From Candidatus Woesebacteria bacterium RIFCSPLOWO2_01_FULL_39_61 (GTDB lineage Bacteria > Patescibacteriota > Microgenomatia > UBA8517): 62,182 nucleotides of DNA. Below the pieces are notes generated by a model. It did not search any database and was not told the DNA's origin. It worked only from the letters and a program-made list of their open reading frames with translations. The stretch's first letter is position 1. The number at the start of each line of letters is the position of its first letter. This document shows, piece by piece, positions 18,990 to 28,854 of this stretch. The stretch spans positions 1 to 62,182 of the forward strand of contig MGHI01000029.1 in NCBI GenBank assembly GCA_001793155.1, read 5' to 3'. Made by a program: the position numbers and the translations under genes.

Positions 18990-20147
18990 ATGGCTCGTGT
19001 AATAATCTCTGAGTATAAAGCAAAAGGCCTCCTCTCTTCCTATTTCGGCTATAAATACGAAGGGTTTAAAATCTTAAAAGAAGGAAGTCTACAGAAACAA
19101 ATTAAAACTCTTCAACCTGATAAAAGATACGTTATTAAGGTGGATGAAGGAATCAAAAAACGTGAGAAGAGTGGTTTCCTTTTTAAAGACATTCAAAGGC
19201 AACAACTTAAAACTTATGCGCGTAAATTATTTGATAAAAAATTTAATCGGTTATTAATAGAAGAGTACATACCCCATTCAAAAAAGGATGAAAAATTCAT
19301 CGCATTAGAAAGGGTAAGAGAGGGAATCGCAATTTATTACTCAAATAAAGGTGGAGTTGATATCGAAAACCAGAAAAATACCGTTAAAAAGGAAATCTAT
19401 TCCAATAAAACTATCACAAAAATCAGTAATTTTTTAAAAGTTAATGTGAAAATTTTAGAAGAGTTGATATCAGGATTTGATAAGTATTGTATATCATTTT
19501 TAGAGAGCAATCCTTTTATCATAAAAGGGGAAAGAATTATATTTTTAGATCTGGCGATTGAAGTTGACGATACTGCCGAATTTTTTGTTAATGGAATTTG
19601 GAGTAAAGCTGACTTAGTCACTACTCACTCGGCTTTGACTCCGGAGGAATTATCCGCTAATTTACTTGCCGAAAAAAGTCCGGCATCTTTCAAGTTAAAT
19701 CTATTGAATCCACAAGGAAATATATTTACTCTCTTTTCAGGCGGTGGAGCAAGTATAGTTTTAGCTGATGAAATTTATAACAAAGGAAAAGCTAAGGATA
19801 TCGTAGACTACGCAGAGTATAGTGGAAATCCCAACGACGAGGAGACTTACCTTTTCACTAAAATAATAATTTCGCTAGCGAAAAAGTCCCCGGCTAAAAA
19901 TAAATTGATTTATATTGCGGGTGGGGTCGCTAATTTTACGGATATCAGAATAACGTTCAGGGGGATAATTAGAGCCTTGGACGAAGAAAGCGTTTTCTTA
20001 AAAAAACATAAGGTGAAAATATATGTAAGGAGGGGAGGCCCTTATCAGGAAGAGGGACTGGAAATGATGAGAGATTTTCTTGATAAGCAAGGGTTGCTCG
20101 GAGAAGTGTACGGTCCGGAAAAAGTTTTGACAGAAATAATCAAATGA
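18990..20147 (+). CDS. aclB: ATP-citrate lyase beta subunit (ATP-grasp plus citrate-binding)
   Basis: ISEYKAK, GGVDIE, FLESNPF, SGGGAS, YAEYSGNP, IAGGVANFT, VRRGGP. Confidence 0.9.
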   Translation: MARVIISEYKAKGLLSSYFGYKYEGFKILKEGSLQKQIKTLQPDKRYVIKVDEGIKKREKSGFLFKDIQRQQLKTYARKLFDKKFNRLLIEEYIPHSKKDEKFIALERVREGIAIYYSNKGGVDIENQKNTVKKEIYSNKTITKISNFLKVNVKILEELISGFDKYCISFLESNPFIIKGERIIFLDLAIEVDDTAEFFVNGIWSKADLVTTHSALTPEELSANLLAEKSPASFKLNLLNPQGNIFTLFSGGGASIVLADEIYNKGKAKDIVDYAEYSGNPNDEETYLFTKIIISLAKKSPAKNKLIYIAGGVANFTDIRITFRGIIRALDEESVFLKKHKVKIYVRRGGPYQEEGLEMMRDFLDKQGLLGEVYGPEKVLTEIIK

Positions 20148-21943
20148 TAATCGACATCGAAAAACTAAGGAATAGCGAACCTAACATTATAGTTTTAGGT
20201 TCATATCCTCCAATTATACAGTCCATATTGGATTTTGATTTTATTGTAGGAAGGACAAGACCAAGTATTCACGGAGTTATCGGATTAAATAAAAAAAGTG
20301 AAAGATATTTTTGGGGAGATAAAGAATTACTTTTACCGGTGTATCGTAATCTGGAAGTAACTCCTAATAATCTTAACAATAAAATCAATCTTTTCTTAAG
20401 TGTGGTTTCCGCAAGAAGAGTACTCTTTACGACCGATATTACATTAAAATCCCTAACGAATTTACTTGGAGGGGTTATTTTTGCAGAAAACACCCCAGAA
20501 ACCCATTCACTAAAACTATATAAAGAAATTCAGTCAATAAACCGCTTTATTATCGGCCCCTCCAGCGTCGGACTTCTGATACCTGGAATACTTAAACTCG
20601 GTGCGATAGGTGGTGTTGAGATAAAACAGCTATTTAATCCCATTCTTTACCAGCCAGGTAATATTGCAGTGCTATCCGCGTCCGGAGGTATGACAAATGA
20701 ATTGTTAAATGTTGTATCCTCTCTTGGAAAAAGAATTTCATTTTGTATGTCTTTCGGCGGTGACAGATTTCCGATAACCACACCCATGGAGGCAATTGTA
20801 AGTGCCGAAAAGGATACAAAAACTTCACATATAATTTATTTCGGTGAACTGGGTGGAGTTGATGAATTTAAGATAGCAGAATTAATATCGCAAAATAAAA
20901 TTACAAAGCCAGTTTATACCTATATTGCCGGTTCCGTTTCCGAAGCTTTTTCTACTCCACCTCAGTTCGGTCATGCAAAGGCAATTGCAAGAAACTTCAA
21001 CGAGAGCGCAAAAGCTAAAATGAAATCTTTGAAAGAAGCCGGAGCCGTAGTCGGTTCTTCTTTTACAGAATTGGTTTCGTTAATTGAAAAAATACCTTCG
21101 TCTTCAAAAGAAAATTTTGCAATTGATAAAGAATGGAAAAAACTTATTAACCGTCAGAGGGCATTATTTGTTTCGACAATTTCGCATGAAACCGATTATG
21201 GCGTCAGAATTTTTGATGACGATCTTTTGGACCTTGCCAAGAAACATTCATTCTCCTATATAACCGCATCGCTTCTATTAGGCAAAAAGATAACCTCTAA
21301 GGAATTAGAAGAATTTGTTGATTTGGTTATGAAACTCCTGGTTGATAACGGACCTTCGGTATCCGGCGCAGTCAATACAATCATATCTGCTCGTGCAGGA
21401 AAAGATATGGTATCCTCACTCGCATCCGGTCTTCTGACCATCGGCAACCGTTTCGGAGGAGCTGTTAATAAAGCTGCGGAAAATTGGATTTATGGTGTTG
21501 AATCTGGTATTAATCCAGGTGATTTTGTTGAAGAACACTCCTCAAACGCTAAACCCATAGAGGGAATTGGGCATAAGAAATATAGGGTGGAAAATCCGGA
21601 CCCAAGAGTTAAAGAACTACGCAGGTGGGCGTCAAAACTAAAAAATAGAAAGTTTTTGGCGTTTGCGAAAAAAGTTGAATCGATAACGACGGATAAAAAA
21701 TCAAATTTAATATTAAATGTGGATGGTGCAATGGCCGCCATACTTTTGGATATTCTGTTTGAAAAAGAAGGATTATCAATAAAAGAACTAAAAAGGTTAA
21801 CTGAAGTAGAGTTTTTCAATGCCTTTTTTATAATTCCCAGGTCTGTAGGATTTATTTCACACTATTTGGACCAAAAACGAATGGATGAAGGTCTTTTCCG
21901 ACTTCCCAAAGAAGAAGTTGCACATGTATCAAGAACCCAGTAA
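20144..21943 (+). CDS. aclA: ATP-citrate lyase alpha subunit (CoA-binding, phospho-His and citryl-CoA lyase domains)
   Basis: IIGPSSVG, SASGGMTNEL, FGGDRFP, GELGG, QFGHAKA (phospho-His), TIGNRFGGA, GIGHK, NVDG; ATGA-coupled to aclB. Confidence 0.92.
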   Translation: MIIDIEKLRNSEPNIIVLGSYPPIIQSILDFDFIVGRTRPSIHGVIGLNKKSERYFWGDKELLLPVYRNLEVTPNNLNNKINLFLSVVSARRVLFTTDITLKSLTNLLGGVIFAENTPETHSLKLYKEIQSINRFIIGPSSVGLLIPGILKLGAIGGVEIKQLFNPILYQPGNIAVLSASGGMTNELLNVVSSLGKRISFCMSFGGDRFPITTPMEAIVSAEKDTKTSHIIYFGELGGVDEFKIAELISQNKITKPVYTYIAGSVSEAFSTPPQFGHAKAIARNFNESAKAKMKSLKEAGAVVGSSFTELVSLIEKIPSSSKENFAIDKEWKKLINRQRALFVSTISHETDYGVRIFDDDLLDLAKKHSFSYITASLLLGKKITSKELEEFVDLVMKLLVDNGPSVSGAVNTIISARAGKDMVSSLASGLLTIGNRFGGAVNKAAENWIYGVESGINPGDFVEEHSSNAKPIEGIGHKKYRVENPDPRVKELRRWASKLKNRKFLAFAKKVESITTDKKSNLILNVDGAMAAILLDILFEKEGLSIKELKRLTEVEFFNAFFIIPRSVGFISHYLDQKRMDEGLFRLPKEEVAHVSRTQ

Positions 21944-21965
21944 CAGATTTTAACTATTAAGACCC

Positions 21966-22670
21966 ATGAAGACACTGATAGTCAACGCCTACGATTTTGG
22001 ATATACCAGCGGGGTTAACGATGGAATAATTAAGGCTCACTCCGAAGGTATAGTCACCAGCACATCTTTAATGGTTTATGGAAAAGCCGCAAAAACGGCA
22101 AGTAAACTTTCAAAATTTCCAAAGCTATCTGTCGGACTGCATTTTCAAATCACCAGCAAAAAACTGGAGTCGGATATTTGCAACGGAAGATCTTTAAGTT
22201 TACAAACCACAGAAAAAATAAACAAAGAATTCATTAAACAGTTAAAAGATTTTAAAAAAATAACCGGAAAGAATCCTACTCATTTAGATTCACACCACCA
22301 TATTCACATGTCCCCAAACGTAAAATCAATTTTTGAAAAATACTCTAAAAAGTATGGTATTCCTGTTCGGGGTTTTTATGGTGTAAAAATGATCAAGGAT
22401 TTTTTTGGCTGGAATAGCTTAAGGATCAGGGATCTAAACCGCATTAGTGTAAATAACTTATTAAATATTTTGTCACGATTAGAAGATGGGGTAGGCGAAT
22501 TAATGTGTCATCCCGGATTGCTTGACAAAAAACTGATGGGTATCAGTAGGTACTCACTGGAGAGAGAAGACGAACTTAAAACTTTAACCGATGTAAAAAT
22601 ATCAAACTTTATCCGTAAATCAGGAATAAAATTGGCCAATTGGACCGAGGCCTATAAAGACATGCTATAA
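21966..22670 (+). CDS. ChbG/YdjC-family carbohydrate deacetylase
   Basis: LIVNAYDFG (canonical NADDFG), TSTSLMV, GLHF, THLDSHHHIH, ELMCHPG. Confidence 0.88.
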   Translation: MKTLIVNAYDFGYTSGVNDGIIKAHSEGIVTSTSLMVYGKAAKTASKLSKFPKLSVGLHFQITSKKLESDICNGRSLSLQTTEKINKEFIKQLKDFKKITGKNPTHLDSHHHIHMSPNVKSIFEKYSKKYGIPVRGFYGVKMIKDFFGWNSLRIRDLNRISVNNLLNILSRLEDGVGELMCHPGLLDKKLMGISRYSLEREDELKTLTDVKISNFIRKSGIKLANWTEAYKDML

Positions 22671-22698
22671 TCACATTGAAAAAATATTCGTCAAGAAC

Positions 22699-23697
22699 AT
22701 GTACAATCAAAAGATTGTTACTTTCGGAGGAGGAACAGGTCACTTCAATTTATTAAACGGCCTGAAAAGATTTAATAACCCGACATTGATTACCGCCGTT
22801 GTTGCATCTTGGGATAGCGGAGGAAGTTCAGGTAGGCTACGAACTGAGTTGGGAATCTTACCCCCCGGTGACATTAGAAGGTGTATTTTGGCATTGATGG
22901 AGGATGACGAACAGCAAAAAGTAGCTCAAAGACTCTTTGATGATCGATTAGAAAAAAGTGACGGTTTTTTTAAGGGACATTCATTGGGAAACCTTATCGG
23001 AGCACGCCTTGATCACATATTCCACGGGCAGGATAGAGGAACTGATGCGGAAAGAACACTTTTCCGTATAAGCGCTAAAATTTTACCTGCGACGCTAACC
23101 AACCTGCAACTTGTAGGGATAACTAAAGAGGGTATTAATATCGAGGGTGAAACCAATTTAGACTATCGTAGTCGCCGTTCAGATTTCGATCCCAAAGACC
23201 CAATAGTAAGAATTCATTTTCATACCCGGGCAGACCCGAATCCGAGGGTATTAAAGGCAATCAAAGATGCCGACAAAATTGTGTTTGCTCCCGGAGATTT
23301 ATTTACCAGTATTTTACCGCATCTTTTGATCGACGGAGTCAAGGAAGCAATTTCCTCTTCCAAAGCCAAGCTGTGTTTTGTACTTAACTTAACTACAAAA
23401 CCGGGAGAAACGGATGCATTCAATGCCTCTGACTACCTGGAAAAATTGGTATTTTATTTGGGCGATAGAAATAGATTAGATTATATAATTGTAAATACTA
23501 AAGTTCTGAGAGGTGAAATTGTTAATATTTATAAATCCGTAGGACAGGAATTGATTAAAGTGGACGAAAAAAGGTGTAAAAGTTTAGCTCCGAAGGCAAA
23601 AATAGCAAAAGCAAAACTTGGAGATTATTCGAGAAAAGAACATCTTCTAAGACATAATTCTGAAAAACTTGCAAAAACAATTTTAAGATTACCCTAG
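22699..23697 (+). CDS. yvcK: YvcK/GlmR (UPF0052, CofD-like) family protein
   Basis: FGGGTG, DSGGSSGRLR, PPGDIRR, GHSLGN, PGDLFTSILP, LRHNSEKLA. Confidence 0.9.
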   Translation: MYNQKIVTFGGGTGHFNLLNGLKRFNNPTLITAVVASWDSGGSSGRLRTELGILPPGDIRRCILALMEDDEQQKVAQRLFDDRLEKSDGFFKGHSLGNLIGARLDHIFHGQDRGTDAERTLFRISAKILPATLTNLQLVGITKEGINIEGETNLDYRSRRSDFDPKDPIVRIHFHTRADPNPRVLKAIKDADKIVFAPGDLFTSILPHLLIDGVKEAISSSKAKLCFVLNLTTKPGETDAFNASDYLEKLVFYLGDRNRLDYIIVNTKVLRGEIVNIYKSVGQELIKVDEKRCKSLAPKAKIAKAKLGDYSRKEHLLRHNSEKLAKTILRLP

Positions 23698-23734
23698 CCT
23701 ACTGTTTCGGAGCAGTGAAAAAAAGAAAAATCAT

Positions 23735-24898
23735 GTGATAAACAAGATAAGAAAATCTATACTTCTTGATTACTGTAGAAAAAATAACCTTTCAATTACC
23801 CCCGGTATAAAACTTTGTCGACCGAATACCAAGTTAACGGTGGTCATACCAGCTTATAATGAAGAGAAATTTATCGACGAGACGTTATTAAGCCTCGGAA
23901 ACATTCCTGAATTAATTGAAATAGTAGTTGTCAATAATGGGAGCAGTGATAAAACGAAGGATGTTGTCAACAAAATCTCTCAACACATTAAGTGGCCGAT
24001 ATACTTACTAGAATGTTTACAAAAAGGACCTGTTTACGCGCGTAAAAGGGGGATGGATGAAGTTGTAATTCAATACTTAGTCCAAAATCCAGAGGCAACC
24101 AAACTGAGATATATTGCCTTAACCGATGCGGACACTATAGTCAATAAAAATTGGGTTAAAGTAATTATCGACACGTTTCGAAAAACGAATGCGTCAGCCG
24201 TCGGAGGAATACACGGATACCCTAACTGGATCGATGAGGAAATAGAAAAAGTTACGGGGATAAAGAATTTCTTTGAAGATCTTGTTAATATTGCCTACTA
24301 TTTAAGCGAAAACGGGTTAGCTTTAGTACAAACTAATGGAGCAAACTTTGCTATCGAAGTAGTCGCTTACTCGGAGGTTGGTGGAAGTCGGCAACCGACT
24401 GACGAAAGGGGCAATCCTGTCAAGGGTAGCGATAGACTATTCGGGTACTCATTAAGAGATCGTGGAAAATTGGTGTCTTTTATTCCAACAATAACCATAA
24501 CAAGCCCAAGAAGAACCCTTTTTTCTCTGTCTCAAGGAAAAGATCCGGCTTACTTCAGAGATATAAAAAGATGGGTTGACGTGAGAGATAATGAAATTTC
24601 TCTAATACATAAAGCCGCCAGGAAACTTAGACTAAAAGATTGGATGGAAAACAAAAGACTTAGGGAGATATCATTTGTCGAACACAACATCATTCAACCC
24701 GCAATTAAAGGACAGCTTAGTTTACTTCCCTTAAGAAAACTCATGGGTTCAAATCATCCCCTAATTGACAAAATAGTCCGTGTAATAAATGATACTCATT
24801 CAGCCACCAGCACCGAAGCTGATAGTTATACGAGTAAAATTGCAGGTAGTTATACCCAAGAGCTTTTAGATACTGTCAGAACTAAAATATTATCTTAA
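23735..24898 (+). CDS. GT2 glycosyltransferase with C-terminal extension
   Basis: VVIPAYNEE, NNGSSD, TDAD (DxD), GANFA, GSD, TSPRR. Confidence 0.88.
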   Translation: MINKIRKSILLDYCRKNNLSITPGIKLCRPNTKLTVVIPAYNEEKFIDETLLSLGNIPELIEIVVVNNGSSDKTKDVVNKISQHIKWPIYLLECLQKGPVYARKRGMDEVVIQYLVQNPEATKLRYIALTDADTIVNKNWVKVIIDTFRKTNASAVGGIHGYPNWIDEEIEKVTGIKNFFEDLVNIAYYLSENGLALVQTNGANFAIEVVAYSEVGGSRQPTDERGNPVKGSDRLFGYSLRDRGKLVSFIPTITITSPRRTLFSLSQGKDPAYFRDIKRWVDVRDNEISLIHKAARKLRLKDWMENKRLREISFVEHNIIQPAIKGQLSLLPLRKLMGSNHPLIDKIVRVINDTHSATSTEADSYTSKIAGSYTQELLDTVRTKILS

Positions 24899-24912
24899 AT
24901 GTAATTTGTGGC

Positions 24913-25698
24913 ATGTTTACTTTCAAAAATTTAACTTATTCTTTAACCTGCCTTTTTCCGCAACCAAAAAATGTGGCAGTTGTCGTTACTTACCACACAA
25001 TTTCCGATTCTGGCGTATATAATGCCGTTTCACCAAAGATGTTTAAGGAGCAAATGAAACTACTACGTAAGAATAAATTCAATCCTGTACTTTTAAGTGA
25101 GCTTACAAGGATGATTAATGACGGCGGACTAAAGCCTAAAACTGTCTGTGTAACCTTTGATGATGGTTTTATGGATAATTATACAAATGCTTTTCCAATC
25201 CTGAAGCAGTATAAAATCCCCGCCACCATTTTCGTTGAAACTTGTCACATCGGTCTTGAATCAGAAAATCAAGGAGAAATGTTTCCTATGCTGGGAAAGG
25301 GGGAGTTAATAAAACTTCAAGATTCTAATCTGGTTTCAATAGAACCGCACACCGTTCATCATCCAAGGCTCACTAAAATTTCCGAAAATAATATGTATCA
25401 TGAAGTTCGACAATCAAAAGATTACCTCGAGCGGTTGCTAAATAAAAAGTGTGAGCACTTCGCATATCCTTACGGACTGCATAACAAAACTGTCCATCAG
25501 GCTGTTTCTAGAACTGGAATCAGATACGCTTATACAACAGAGGAAGGGTTTGTGCGGCTTGGCGATGATACTATAGAGCTAAATAGAAACAGTATGAACC
25601 GAACCATCTCTCTTAGGCAATTTGAAAGTATATGTCTTTTTGGGAAATTTTCGCAGAAAAGATTATTTCGCGCAATAGGCTTTACCCCTTTGTCTTAA
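24913..25698 (+). CDS. NodB/CE4 polysaccharide deacetylase
   Basis: YH, TFDDG, HTVHHPRL, FAYPYG motifs intact. Confidence 0.93.
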   Translation: MFTFKNLTYSLTCLFPQPKNVAVVVTYHTISDSGVYNAVSPKMFKEQMKLLRKNKFNPVLLSELTRMINDGGLKPKTVCVTFDDGFMDNYTNAFPILKQYKIPATIFVETCHIGLESENQGEMFPMLGKGELIKLQDSNLVSIEPHTVHHPRLTKISENNMYHEVRQSKDYLERLLNKKCEHFAYPYGLHNKTVHQAVSRTGIRYAYTTEEGFVRLGDDTIELNRNSMNRTISLRQFESICLFGKFSQKRLFRAIGFTPLS

Positions 25699-25782
25699 CC
25701 TCCCTTTGCGCAATATCAACTAAAATCGTTATAATATGGGAAAAAATAATTTCGGATTAATCCTTTAAGATATCATTTAAGT

Positions 25783-26736
25783 ATGACCCGAGAGCAATTA
25801 ACACCTTTTTTAACTCTAGATCAAAAAAATGTAGTTGGTTATTACTTGAAAATCGGTTGCGAAGATTTCTATTTAAGACAACCCCAAAAAGAATTCGAAG
25901 GATATAAACTTTTAAGACCATACTTCAGAATGCCCAAAGCACGCCTTGCACAAACGTCGGTAGGTCCTATTCTGGTTGTGCAAGCAATTAAAGATGCTTC
26001 CGCCGCAAGCAAGCTTCTTGAGACTGATCCTCAGGCGGCTAATCGGACTCTGGTTGAATTCATGTCCGATATGGAAAAGATGTGGTTGGATACCAGAAGA
26101 CCTATGGATGAAGAGCAAGTTGCAAGAAATTGGAGATTAGAGTCGTTAAAGACATTAGTACGATTGGCGTCTGATCCTACTATTGAATCTATCGGAGATA
26201 AGGCAGTTATCGTCAATGGAGAGAAATACCCGCCGGTCGGACAGACTTTAGAAGAGTGCCTTAACAATTTAAGCCGAAAAAAAGACCCAATAATGGTTTT
26301 GTGCCATGGAGATGAACACTTGGAAAACTTGTTAACGGCACATGATGGCTATTATGTAATCGATCCTGGCAATTATACCGGTCTGAACTCCCCTTCCTCA
26401 ACCGTCAACAATGTAGTAGGCGCAAATTATTTGTTTCTTTATCAATACAACGGTACAGCTTGTAGCGAGAATGGAAATTTTAGAGTGGATTATAGGGTGA
26501 AAGAACCCTATGAGAATGCAGAGAAACTAATGAAACCAACGCTTAGAAGGCTTGACGTGTTGGCAAGAGATATATTATGTGGAGATTCGCTTGATAAAGA
26601 ACTACTTTTTGCTAATGAAATACGCGTAGCTGTCGGTTGGGTCCATAGATCCATGGATCTTACCGAAATAAGAAAAACCGGAATGGTATATGCTGGTATC
26701 GCAACAGAGCATTATTATTCGGATGGAATAATTTAA
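25783..26736 (+). CDS. APH/choline-kinase-like phosphotransferase
   Basis: Brenner-type LCHGDEHLENLL followed by VIDPG. Confidence 0.7.
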   Translation: MTREQLTPFLTLDQKNVVGYYLKIGCEDFYLRQPQKEFEGYKLLRPYFRMPKARLAQTSVGPILVVQAIKDASAASKLLETDPQAANRTLVEFMSDMEKMWLDTRRPMDEEQVARNWRLESLKTLVRLASDPTIESIGDKAVIVNGEKYPPVGQTLEECLNNLSRKKDPIMVLCHGDEHLENLLTAHDGYYVIDPGNYTGLNSPSSTVNNVVGANYLFLYQYNGTACSENGNFRVDYRVKEPYENAEKLMKPTLRRLDVLARDILCGDSLDKELLFANEIRVAVGWVHRSMDLTEIRKTGMVYAGIATEHYYSDGII

Positions 26737-26763
26737 GATATCAACTTATATTTATTAGAGATC

Positions 26764-27999
26764 ATGACTAGAATTTTCTTTCCTTCTCAAGCAGTCATAC
26801 TTGCTGCCGGTATAAATTCAAGATTCGTTCCCTTCAACTCAAGAAACTATCATAAGAGTAACTTTCTTTTAATGGGTGAACCGATTATTCGGCAAACGGT
26901 TGGGGTTCTAAAAAAAGCGGGGATCAAAGAAGTGGTTGTTATTACATCTCCAAAAGATAAGATGACGAAAAAATCCCTTGAAAATTTAGGCGGTAAAGGG
27001 ATTGGGTTAGATTTTTATACTCAAAAACAACCACTAGGAATGGCATCTGCCTTATTGGGAGTTAAACGTTACCTACATGACAAATTTTTGGTTATCAATC
27101 CCCAACAGATTAACATTGATACTCACCTTTCTCGATTGAAAAATATTAAGACTCTTTCAAAAAATACTGTTTGTCTTTTTTCTCAATCTACGGACCAACC
27201 CCAAAAGTATGGCATTTTGGGGCTAAAGGGTAAGAGAGTTACAAAAGTTGTTGAAAAACCAGCTAATCTGTCCGGACTTTCAAACCAAAGAATACTCGGG
27301 GTCTACATTCTTAACTCAGATTTCATGGACTTAATGGGAAATTTTAATATAACAGAATACCTGTTGGAGGAAGCGCTAAATAAATATGCTTCCCAAGGCG
27401 AAGTTATCGCCATTAGAAGTGATCATCCCGCCCTATCTTTAAAATACGCTTGGGATCTTTTTTCTATAGCAAATTATAAATTCTCCCAATTCCCACAAAC
27501 TCCGAAAGTTCACAAAAAGGCCTGGGTTCATCCAACAGCCATAATTTCAGGACCAGTGGTTATAGAAAATGGCGCAAAAATTTACGAATACACTCTTATC
27601 CAAGGCCCTTGTTATATAGGTAAAAACTGCCTAGTAGGTAGTTTCTGTAAAATTAGGAAAGAAACGGTCCTCGAAGAAGACACAGAGTTACAAAACAGTG
27701 TTGAGATCAAACATTCTATCATTGGTGCGAAAACACATATTCACTCTGGATTTATAGGCGACTCAATAATTGGTGAAAACTGCCGAATAGGTGCCGGATT
27801 TATTACGGCCAACAGGAGACTTGATCGAGACAATATTCGAGTTTTGATAAAAGATAGACTGGTGGACGTGGGCACGTCCTTCGGAAGCGTAATCGGAGAT
27901 AATGTTAAAATTGGTATCCATTGTGGTACAAACCCAGGTACAGTCATTGCCAGTAACTCGTTAGTTTTACCCATGACTCTTATTTCTCATCAGAAGTGA
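26764..27999 (+). CDS. Bifunctional sugar-1-phosphate nucleotidyltransferase / left-handed beta-helix acetyltransferase (archaeal-type GlmU-like)
   Basis: VILAAGINSRF, QPLGMA, YGIL, VEKP, followed by hexapeptide repeats, GFITANRRLD and NPGT. Confidence 0.88.
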   Translation: MTRIFFPSQAVILAAGINSRFVPFNSRNYHKSNFLLMGEPIIRQTVGVLKKAGIKEVVVITSPKDKMTKKSLENLGGKGIGLDFYTQKQPLGMASALLGVKRYLHDKFLVINPQQINIDTHLSRLKNIKTLSKNTVCLFSQSTDQPQKYGILGLKGKRVTKVVEKPANLSGLSNQRILGVYILNSDFMDLMGNFNITEYLLEEALNKYASQGEVIAIRSDHPALSLKYAWDLFSIANYKFSQFPQTPKVHKKAWVHPTAIISGPVVIENGAKIYEYTLIQGPCYIGKNCLVGSFCKIRKETVLEEDTELQNSVEIKHSIIGAKTHIHSGFIGDSIIGENCRIGAGFITANRRLDRDNIRVLIKDRLVDVGTSFGSVIGDNVKIGIHCGTNPGTVIASNSLVLPMTLISHQK

Positions 28000-28782
28000 C
28001 ATCAGAAATTTAACTAATGCACCTTCATCTGAAAAGCCTATAACTTTCTTTGCGACCATTTTTAGCCTTACTGGAGAATTACCCATGACTACTCCATATC
28101 CTACATTTGATATCAGCTCGTAATCATTTTCATTATCTCCGACTGCCATTATATCTTTTAGACCTAAGCCTAATTGTCTGCACCAAATCCTAGCCGCCGT
28201 TAACTTATTCACTCCTTTAGCACAAATATCAAAATACTCCCCCCCCGAACTATTTTTTAGTAACCAGTTACTTATACTCTTAATTGATTTTATATACTTT
28301 TTAATATCAGGGTTAATTTGCACAACTGAAAGAAGTGTAATTTCGTAGGAAGTAGCATAACTTACGGGAAAGACGTCAATTTTCCAAGGATGATTTCTAA
28401 CATTATCATAAATAGAATCACTACAATACAAATTAGATCCGGTTCCAAAGATTACCGCTCCGCCAAGCTGCTCAACCTTTTGAATTAGTTCTTTGACTAA
28501 CTTCTCATCTATAACGTTCTGCCAAATAATTTGCCCCGATGATGTAACTATTTGTCCTCCACCCGAAGTTATATGTAAAGAATCTTTCGGAAAATGGGGC
28601 AAAATATAATTTTTAATAAAGGCATAATGTCTTGAGGTGGAAACCCCACAGGAAATCCCTGTTTTAGAAAGATTTTTAATTACCTGAATTATCTTAGGAG
28701 AAAACTCTCTTTTGGAGTTCGTTAGTGTTCCATCTACGTCAAGTAAAATGCCTTTGGGAACGAATTTAGTTGCTTCAGCCAT
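27967..28782 (-). CDS. Cof-type HAD-IIB phosphatase
   Basis: LDVDGT motif I, STSR, GVNK, GDNEND, VMGNS; overlaps the GlmU-like gene convergently by 33 nt. Confidence 0.92.
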   Translation of the reverse strand: MAEATKFVPKGILLDVDGTLTNSKREFSPKIIQVIKNLSKTGISCGVSTSRHYAFIKNYILPHFPKDSLHITSGGGQIVTSSGQIIWQNVIDEKLVKELIQKVEQLGGAVIFGTGSNLYCSDSIYDNVRNHPWKIDVFPVSYATSYEITLLSVVQINPDIKKYIKSIKSISNWLLKNSSGGEYFDICAKGVNKLTAARIWCRQLGLGLKDIMAVGDNENDYELISNVGYGVVMGNSPVRLKMVAKKVIGFSDEGALVKFLMSLLMRNKSHG

Positions 28783-28854
28783 ATTGTTTAGTGAAATATA
28801 AATAAAGTTTGCGATTTAGCACCTATACATTTCATGCTATCGGGCGGTTCTTTT

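Noticed and set aside
18990-21943. Succinyl-CoA synthetase or reverse-TCA carbon fixation
   Set aside because: The alpha subunit has a citrate-synthase-like C-terminal domain and the beta subunit has the ACL GGVANFT motif, so it is ACL. No other rTCA genes are visible, so autotrophy is unsupported.
23701-23730. ACTGTT-TCGG-AGCAGT hairpin after yvcK as an intrinsic terminator
   Set aside because: Weak stem followed by an A-run rather than a U-run on the coding strand.
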